A DNA stretch of 63,514 nt, the filler included, from Octopus bimaculoides (taxonomy: Eukaryota), in the NCBI RefSeq assembly GCF_001194135.2. It is 5 parts of 5 records of this genome, joined end to end, with 100 filler letters (N's around TTAATTAATTAA, not from the genome) between each part and the next. Parts side by side here need not be neighbours in the genome. Positions count along the whole stretch, not along the records: positions 54,031 to 63,514 come from NC_068982.1; 4 more parts are not named here. One strand, written 5' to 3'. Positions 54,096 to 63,514 of the stretch are shown here, one piece after another. The notes under the pieces are model-generated. The model did no database searches. It saw only the letters and a list, made by a program, of their open reading frames with translations, and was not told the DNA's origin. Made by a program: the position numbers and the translations under genes. Each line of letters opens with the position of its first letter. Position 1 is the stretch's first letter.

Positions 54096-56309
54096 GAGAA
54101 AGAGAGAGAAAGAAAGGGACGTTACAAGTATTATAAATTAGCGGATATGATATAATAAAAATGCTATTAGACACTGTAATCTCTTCGAGTTTCCTCATAT
54201 TAAATTTAAAACCCGAATGAGACACACTACCCCATAATTTCAGACAAAATCATTGTCAGAGACTCTCTAACAGGACTCAAATACATCGCATCTCATACGA
54301 TCATCTCAAATATTTGCCAAATAGATGTTTAACTGCGCTGTAACCATAGCAGCAAGTTTCACTCTTGTTTCCCACACAACTCGTCAGACATTTAACCCTA
54401 CAATTGGACAACCAATATCCAACATAAGCCACGGCAGGCTCCGTTGTGTAATCATTGACGCTGTTAATCTCAAAGTGAAATATAACTGGTGTTCGGTCCT
54501 TTCAGCTGGTTTGTCTTAAATTACTGCTCATAATATCTAACACTCGTTTTCAACAGCCAACTCTAATACGGAAAACCTGTGAAGATATTGAAAATGTATA
54601 GCACAGCAAAACTAATTTAGAGACGACGTCAGAGGAAGGAGTAAATTTCAGACGCTGCAATTGTTATGTTAGTCATGAAAATAACCTATTATACCGGCGG
54701 CTAACCAAAGTAATTACCATACGGTGTTGCTACTGTAAGATATAGTGAACAACAACAACACGATGACGATGACGACGTCGACGACGACGACATCAACACA
54801 CACATTTACGTTGGAAAAGAGTTTCAACAGAAAACAAAACTAACATATTAAATACCATATATAGGGAGAATTCACAAATATATATATATNNNNNNNNNNN
54901 NNNNNNNNNNNNNNNNNNNNNNNNNNNNNNNNNNNNNNNNNNNNNNNNNNNNNNNNNNNNNNNNNNNNNNNNNNNNNNNNNNNNNNNNNNNNNNNNNNNN
55001 NNNNNNNNNNNNNNNNNNNNNNNNNNNNNNNNNNNNNNNNNNNNNNNNNNNNNNNNNNNNNNNNNNNNNNNNNNNNNNNNNNNNNNNNNNNNNNNNNNNN
55101 NNNNNNNNNNNNNNNNNNNNNNNNNNNNNNNAGAGAGAGGGAGAGAGGGAGAGAGAGGGAGAGAGAGGGAGAGAGATTGTATTGCTTAAATATACTATGC
55201 ACACACACACATACTCATATATACGTTGAAATAGAGGTAGGGAGAGTGTGCACATGCGAACAAATAGATGCTAGAAACTGGCAGGAATCATAAAATAATA
55301 CGTAGCGACTTTAGCTGTTTGTCAGCAGAAAGAGGACTAGATTAGTGAAAGGAGTGGTAAAGTGGTAACGATTGAGGTGAGAGTGTCATTTCTGCACGTG
55401 GTAGTTAAAAATTAGTCCAGTTAGATGGAAGCATAATAATATCAAATGTGATACCATCAAAAATCAAATATCATAACCAAAATATTGCTACATCAAAAGA
55501 AGCACACAACACCGTTTGCATTTTGGTTTTGGGCGTTCAGTTTAACGCTTGGCGGTGAGCAAGATTTTAAGGAGTTAGTGTGATAAAAAGGAAGGTCTCA
55601 ATGAGGCAAAAAAAAAAAAAACACTGACAAACGAACAAGTGAAACATTAAGAATCTATTTGATATCAGTTAATCATTAGTTGGAAGAAAATGTAGAATAA
55701 AAGATCTTTTATATATCAAGGCGGGGTCTAAAAAAGATAAAGAAGAAAAGAACAAAGTAAAAACATAATATATGTGCATGTATGTTTGTGTGTGCGTGTG
55801 TGTGTGTACTTCAGGTCATTCTTAATGCTACTGATAACGTGTAACTCGGTACAACACGTTGCATGCTCACACCGACGGCGACTAAGCCGGCAGCCTTAAC
55901 CCTAGCAAGTCTGCACTGTAAGTTGGGTGATTTTCGTTGTACAACCTGCATGACAAAAAATAAGCCTCTGAAAGGACAGGTGAAATCAGTAGAGTTGAAA
56001 ATAATCTAACAACTGCATTCGAGGAAAAGAAATATTGTGATCTAACACTTCCGACTTCGTTTGCTTTCAATGACGTAGACTACTTCTTTTGGGGGAAATG
56101 CGTGTTATTCTGAGACTGCAATTGGTCCAGTGGAAGGCCATTCCTAACTTTAAAAGCTCCAGACATAGAGGTTGCTGGAGTTTTTAACATCTCTATTACA
56201 TGTTGAAGACAATGGCTGACTGTGGCTGAAAAAGACAAAAGATTCAATGAAAAAGTTCCATGATGGCATCTTTATGCCATCATGGAACTTTTTCATTGAA
56301 TCTTTTGTG

Positions 56310-56430
56310 TCGGAGTTAGTAACGAGCTCCTTGAACACCGGATGCAAGAGGCGACCCTCGTTTCCACATCTGTGCGAAAGAGTGGAGGTCCCAAGTAGGA
56401 CTGAAAAACCACATCAGTTATCTCATGATT
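56310..56430 (+). mobile_element. Possible RTE C-terminal zinc-finger remnant
   Basis: FPHLCER...SRTGLKNH resembles the CxxC..SRIGLxSH end of RTE ORFs. Confidence 0.4.
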
Positions 56431-57488
56431 TAGAGGACAATCAAGTGATGGCATTGTTCAATACCGAGCTGTAGCTATCATGTATGTATGTATGTATGTA
56501 TGTATGTATGTATGTATGTATGCGTGTGTGTGTATGTATGTATGCATGTATGTATGTTATGGATGTTACGTATGTATTGACTTTTCTTTGAGCTTTATAT
56601 AATTTTTCTAGAGAGTTCAAGCTGGTGGCTAACAAACCGACAAGCCATTTTGAGTTAAGAGAGTTCCAGGTATTTGTAAATACGCGATTGAGTTAATGTG
56701 TTGGTTGAATTGTCGATACATGCACCCAAGTGTGTGCAACTATTCACCTAAAAACTCTGAGAGGGAATATCTTTGGAATGTCTTACATATCTTTATTGTA
56801 CCATTAATAGACTGGATTTGGAAAATCTGTCAGTTTCTTTTGCTCTTTCTCCGCGATATGCATGCATGTGCGAATGTATGTATGTATGTATGTATGTATG
56901 TATGCATGTATGTATGTGTGTGCGTGTGTACGTTCATATGTGTGCGTGCATATGTATGCGTGTGTGTGTGCTTGTATGTTATACTTATGTATGTGTGTAT
57001 GTTTGTGTCTGTGTATATGTAATAAACATGTATATATTTCCAGTCTATGACTATTTGCTGATTATTGAGTTCCCATAACACATTGGTCATAGATGTCATT
57101 ATTCTGCCATCAGTTGGCGGGCGGGTGAGACTCACTGTAAAAGCGAAAGGAAAAAACTGGTTAGTTTCAACGATTTGATTTATGCCATGTGATGCATATC
57201 TGAGCGTGTATATATCTCGTCTTCATTCGCTCAGACACAAACACACAAGCTCACTAATATTTATATTAGTATGAACGTGTGCATATGTAAGTGTACACGT
57301 TCATACTAATATAAATATATATTATGCTTCTATTTATGCCTGTCTGTGTGTATGTATGTGTGTATATGTATTTTTGCATACTTACATCTGTGTATGTATA
57401 TATATATGTGTGTCCAAATACGTATAAAGTACGTGTGTTAATATATTAGTACATAATGTGCCATATCATAATACATATATCGTATTGT

Positions 57489-57582
<94 letters not shown>

Positions 57583-57690
57583 TATACACATATATAAATG
57601 TATATATATATATGTATGTATATATAGATAGATACATACATATCATATATGTATGTATATGTGTATGTATATCTGTATATGTGTATATAC

Positions 57691-57747
<57 letters not shown>

Positions 57748-59453
57748 CATGTATGAATATATAGATATTGATATATTGATATATTTCTACTGCATGTGTA
57801 TAATATATATATAATATGAAATATATACACCAATATACATCAATATGCAGTTTTACATAATGTAATAACCAATATAGGAATGAATTGTACCAGACGAATT
57901 ATCCAAGAACTCTAACAACACCGATGCCTCAAGCTCCACCTTATTTTTCTGCTACATTCCCTTTTATTGTAATTCCAGAATATTGGTTGTGTATTCCAAT
58001 AAACTATCCATTTATTATTCAAACACTACAAATTATATATTGTCTCTTATTCTGCGTGAGAGTGTGCTTGCCGCACAGATTGGTTGTTTGGCTGGTCAGT
58101 TTGTTAGTCGGTTGGTTGATTGGTTGGTTGGTTGGCTGGTTGGTTGGTTGGTTGGTTGGTTGATAAAGCTTGCTTCCAAGCTACGTGGTTCAAGGTCCAG
58201 TCATCATTGAGTGGTATCTCGAGCCGATCGAATTACCTTTGCTAGAACTCAATATACGTTTGTTTCAGAATAAGGTTTGAGTGTTGATTGATGCTTGTGC
58301 ATCAGCTTATAGCGTAGTAGAAACAGTTGTAAGCTAATGAAGTTCATTGCACAATTTCCAGTTCCTTTTTCATTTCTTAAATTTTATATATATATACACA
58401 CATATGCATACATACATATATATATATATATATATAAGCAATGTTAATTCTCTAAATGAAGTATTAACAGTAACATACATATATATACACATACATATAT
58501 ATATATATANNNNNNNNNNNNNNNNNNNNNNNNNNNNNNNNNNNNNNNNNNNNNNNNNNNNNNNNNNNNNNNNNNNNNNNNNNNNNNNNNNNNNNNNNNN
58601 NNNNNNNNNNNNNNNNNNNNNNNNNNNNNNNNNNNNNNNNNNNNNNNNNNNNNNNNNNNNNNNNNNNNNNNNNNNNNNNNNNNNNNNNNNNNNNNNNNNN
58701 NNNNNNNNNNNNNNNNNNNNNNNNNNNNNNNNNNNNNNNNNNNNNNNNNNNNNNNNNNNNNNNNNNNNNNNNNNNNNNNNNNNNNNNNNNNNNNNNNNNN
58801 NNNNNNNNNNNNNATATATATATATATATATATACATACATATATATATTACTTGAAATGAGGCATTGACACAAATAGGCCATTGGTGTACTTTTAACCA
58901 TATTCTATAATAGCCGTGGAATTCTTATATTCTGCAACACACACACACACATATAATATACGAGCGAACGTTACCATTAGTCCAGAGGGTTATGTCTATA
59001 GATTTGATAAATCTTTTAAATGTTTCCGAAAGTCTTAAACCTGTCAATATCGTTGCTATAGGCTTTGGGAATTTATTATATTTCTTCGGCAAAAAAAAGA
59101 ACAAAAAACAAAAATAACAGCTTATTTATGGAAGCTACTACTACGGTTCTATCAGTACATTCAATTATATATAAATGCATACATATTCACGCATCAAATG
59201 TATATGTATGTATAGTTATATATATATTATGTATATATGCGTGCTTTAATATGTGTGTATATGTATGAATATATATATATATATATAAACTGTTCTCACC
59301 TAAATGCAGTCACATGAAACTTGAGATACAAAACGAAATAACCTTGATATATACATAAATGAATACACTTACATATACATACATACACACACACATACAC
59401 GCACACATACATACATACATGCATACATACATACATACATACATACATACACA

Positions 59454-60653
59454 CAGGGTGTGGTAGAAAGGATGGTCGTCTTTGAAATGGCTACTACTCA
59501 GCTCCTGGGCGAGGGACATGTGTCCCTGGTGTCTTAGCATTTTTTTCTTTTCAGGTGATCCGTTGGTGCTGTGGACGATAGAGCATCGGGTGTTTGCTTA
59601 TGACAGTTACGTGAAGAATAACGAGTCTGTCAGCAATTCAGTATGAGTTTCGGCGCCACTTCAGCATTCATCTAAATAAGGCTCTTCCCACTTCTATCAC
59701 ACTCTTGTGTTTGGTGAATGTGCTTCGTACACAAGGTACACTCTTGAATAGGAAACTGGTGTGGGCGCTACGAACGGTACGGACCCTGGAAAATATAGAA
59801 CGCACTAGACAAGCTTTGAGATGGAGCCCGAATCGCTCTGCCCGGAGGCATTCCACTGAACTTGGCGTCGGTAATCGATTCGGTATGATGTATTTTGTAT
59901 GAAGACCTGCATTTCCACCCGTACAAATTGGTCATTGGGCAACAGCTGAAACCATGAGACTAGGCACACAGCTTAGCTTCGCCCGTCAGTTGGAGGCAAT
60001 TTTTGAGGCAAATGAGCACTTCATTTTGTTAATGAATTCATTTTCATCTCAATGGCATGGTGAATCAACAGAACTGTCTTTATCGAGCTCTTGAACAACC
60101 AAGAGGACAGCACAAAAGACCACTGCACAGCCCAAATGTGACGGTCTGGTGTGCTGTTGGGAAAGCTACGGCTATTGGTCCTTACTTTTTTGAAGTCAAT
60201 AATGGAAACGCTGTTTCTCTGAACTCCGAGCGTTACAATGAAATGATAAACAACTTCTTTGTGTCTGAGTTTGACCATTCGACGTGTGTGGTTTCAGCAG
60301 GATAGGGCAACAGCCCACACAGCCAGAGCATCAATGGACGTGCTTCACCCTCTCTTTGATGACTGCCTCATTTCCAGGTTTGCTGACGTTCCTTGGCTCC
60401 CTCGGTTTCCTGATTTGTCCATATGTGATTATTTCTCATGGGGAAACGACATGCCTTGTGGGGAAAGCTCAAAGGACGTGTGTATGTGCATAAACCCTGT
60501 ACATTGGTCGATTTGAAGAAAGCTTTCCACACTTGATTTTGACAAATGCTAATTCAATAAAAACACATTGATGTCAATAAAATTTGTTTGCAGCTAACAT
60601 TAATTTTGTGAATTTTTCAAAAACGTCCGTCCTCGCTTCGCTACTCCACCCTG
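59454..60653 (+). mobile_element. Full-span decayed DD41D (rosa/Visitor-type) Tc1/mariner element
   Basis: Imperfect TIRs CAGGGTG...; WFQQDRATAHT...PDLSICDY with 41 residues between the last two catalytic Asp; PLHSPNVTVWCAV. Confidence 0.85.
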
Positions 60654-60812
60654 TACATACATACATGCATACATGCATGCATACATACATACATACATAC
60701 ATACATACATACATACGTACATACATAAATACACACACACACACATACATACATACATACATACATACATACATACATACATTCATACATTCATACATAT
60801 ATATGCATATAT

Positions 60813-60959
60813 ATGTGGTAAGAAACTTGCTTCCGAACCACATGGTTCCAGTTTCAGTCCCACTGCGTGGCACCTTGGGCAAATGTCTTCTATTATAGCC
60901 TCGGGCCAACCAAAGCCTTGTGAGTGGATTTGGTTGACGGAAACTGAAAGAAGCCCGTC

Positions 60960-60990
<31 letters not shown>

Positions 60991-61209
60991 CGTGCGCGCG
61001 CGCGTTTGTGTGTTTGCGTTTGTCCCCTCCATCATCGCTTGACAACCGATGTTGGTGTGTTTTACGTCCCCCGTAAATTAGTGGTTCAGCAAAAGAGACC
61101 AGTAGAATAAGTAGTAGGCTTGCAAAGAATAATTCCTAGGGTTTAAAGGCAGTGCTCCAGCATGGCCGCAGTCAAATAACTGAAGCAAGTAAAAGAATAA
61201 AAGAACATA
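60813..61209 (+). mobile_element. SINE family B, full length (tRNA-like head, internal (TG)n, CCAGCATGGCCGCAGTC tail)
   Basis: GTGGTAAGAAACTTGCTTCC...GTTTCAGTCCC head; the tail is shared with many copies in the window. Confidence 0.85.
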
Positions 61210-61369
61210 NNNNNNNNNNAAAGGCAGTGCTCCAGCATGGCCGCAGTCAAATAACTGAAGCAAGTAAAAGAATAAAAGAACATATATATATATATATATA
61301 TATATATACTTAGTTTCAGGCCATACTGAAGGACTGCGGCTATACTGGGGCACCACCGTTTACTTTGCG

Positions 61370-63025
61370 GTACTTGCACTAAACCTCCTCCGATATGTAA
61401 CATTCAGTGGATGAGGGAGTTTGACGCTGCTGCCCTCGTCTCTGTTTCTTGCTTTGAGCTAGGTTCATCTGGAACTCTTGACAGAAAGAGATCTAATTTT
61501 GTTTTGAAAAAGCCTACATTTACGCTATGCAGGTCTCTCAGGCTTTGTGGGAGGATATTGAAGGGCCCTTGAAGCCCAAGCTGCTGGCTTTGGGCCCTTG
61601 AAACTGAAACTTTTGCAGTATCTGGTCCTGTATCGTGATGGTAATGTTGGGATTTTTGGTACTATGCATTGATATCTGTCCTGGTGTTGTAACGGAAAGA
61701 TTTTCTATGATTTTCCAGATGTATATCACTGCATATCTTTCCCGCTTGTAGCCTCGATGGATCTCCTCGAGTTCTGTCGTTAATTTTACACTGTTTGGTG
61801 ACCACAGTTGGGAGTAGTAATCCAGACAGCTGAAAACGAAAGTCCTTCAGGGGACCATCATGCCTTCCTTTTCTCTAGTTTTGAAAGTTAGAAGGGTCCA
61901 TCCGGCCAAGCGTCTGCATTTTATTGCCAACCTGGTAATGTACACATGGAAAGATGCATCATTACTCTTGTCGATGCACAAGTCAGGCACTGATTTTGAT
62001 TCAGGGATTGCAATCCCTCCTGTGCCAGTGTATCCTATCTGCTTTTCATTGAGCTTTCTGTGTTGACAGCACAAGGCTTGCAATTTTCCAACATTAAACT
62101 GCATGCTATTTTACTCAGCCCACCTGTATATTGCATTCAACTCACATTGTAGATGCACAACGTTTCCAGGGTTCTGTATCGTCTGAGAGACTTGTATCAT
62201 CTGCATAGCTAGCAAAGATGGCTACTTGAGTAGCTGACGGCATGTCAGAGAGGGCCACCATGAATAGCAGCCACCCCAGGACAGTGCCCTGTAGAACAAT
62301 ACTCATTATTTGTGCCTCGGAGGTGGCCCTGTTGACTACCACAACCTGACTTCTATCTTTTAGAGTCATGTAGTCATTCTCCAAGTTTTCCAACTATGCC
62401 AAGATTACGCAGCTTGTGACAAATCATACCATGGTCGACTTTATCAAAAGCTTTTGCAAAGACGAGGTATATCACGCCCACATTTGAGCTTTTGAGCAGC
62501 TACTTTAGCACCCGGTCGCAATGCTGCAATGTCATAATGTCTTTTGGGTGTCAGTCAGCAAGTCATTCTCTTCAAGGAATGTAATTAGTTTCCTTATGAC
62601 TAATCGTTCCATGACTTTGCTGATGTGTGAAGTCAGAGAGATAAGACTATAGTTTTTAGCATCTACTTTCTCCTTTATGGATAGGGCATATTATTCCCTC
62701 CATTAGTTTGACCGGGAGTTTACCATTTGCGAGGAAGCTCTGTAAAAGTAGCTGCAATGGTTTTGCAAGGACCCGTTTACATGACTTGAGAAGGATTGCT
62801 GGGAATCTATCAGGGCCGGCAGCTGCGTTTGCATCTACATCATCTATTGCCAGTATTACATCCTCTTCTTCAATGTTGGTGTATTCAATTGTGACTGCTT
62901 TCCGTTCAGCTTTTATAGTGATAAATAATTCTACAGGTCTGCTAACTTGCATGTGCCGTAGGGGTGGGGTAAAGACACTTATGAATTGTTCATTCAATGA
63001 TTCACTTATCCTCATTGGGTTTCCT
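61370..63025 (-). mobile_element. CR1-type LINE RT, 5'-truncated, with frameshifts
   Basis: LNEQFISVFT, AGPDRFPAILLKSC, QGTVLGWLLF, YADDT, MQFNVGK motifs across the ORF fragments. Confidence 0.9.
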
Positions 63026-63061
63026 CAATGAGGATAAGTATATGTATATGTATGTGTGTAC

Positions 63062-63129
<68 letters not shown>

Positions 63130-63440
63130 TCGCACATACACTTTTTGTACTGTCGATATGATTTTACAATTAGCGATCTATTCATATATTAAAGACGTCT
63201 CGCTTTTTTAACAGCTTCTGACCAACAAATCTTGCATCGTTATCTAATAGTATTAAGTTGTGATTGCGAATTATTTTACTCATATATTGTCACGCTGCTT
63301 CCCAATTTCAATATTCTGAATAATCGGCAACGTGAAACTCCAAACTACAAATTCTTGAAGTTACTCACATATATTGCATGCATATATATACATACATACG
63401 TACATATATACACATATGCATACATACATACATACACATA

Positions 63441-63489
<49 letters not shown>

Positions 63490-63514
63490 ATCTCTCTCTC
63501 TCTGTATATATATA

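Noticed and set aside
54340-54380. CUGACGA...GAAAC on the minus strand
   Set aside because: No stem II can form between the core halves.

Overview
AT-rich, microsatellite-dense eukaryotic DNA whose SINE/LINE content looks like a cephalopod, most likely Octopus (inference from recognised repeat families, not a database hit). The window is not one contiguous locus. Four identical 100-bp artificial linkers (N44-TTAATTAATTAA-N44) split it into five joined segments: 1-9023, 9124-39117, 39218-46368, 46469-53930 and 54031-63514. Most ORFs in the track are artefacts of microsatellites or N gaps. Supportable content: (1) many tRNA-derived SINEs; (2) decayed LINEs (RTE, CR1-type, R4/Dong-like, Tx1/L1-like ORF1) and a Penelope GIY-YIG remnant; (3) Tc1, mariner and DD41D transposon relics, plus MITEs; (4) one convincing terminal coding exon (45543-44923, minus) and one candidate exon (53763-53464, minus) of unidentified protein(s); (5) a promoter-like site with tandem E-boxes, a TATA box and a first exon, cut off at a segment end. 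The most notable signals are two minimal type-I hammerhead ribozyme motifs. One of them lies in a ~330-bp composite element with a tRNA-like Pol III head, an inverted-repeat flank and a Tc1-like end. Several long perfect or near-perfect fold-back hairpins also occur. Coordinates of decayed repeats are approximate.
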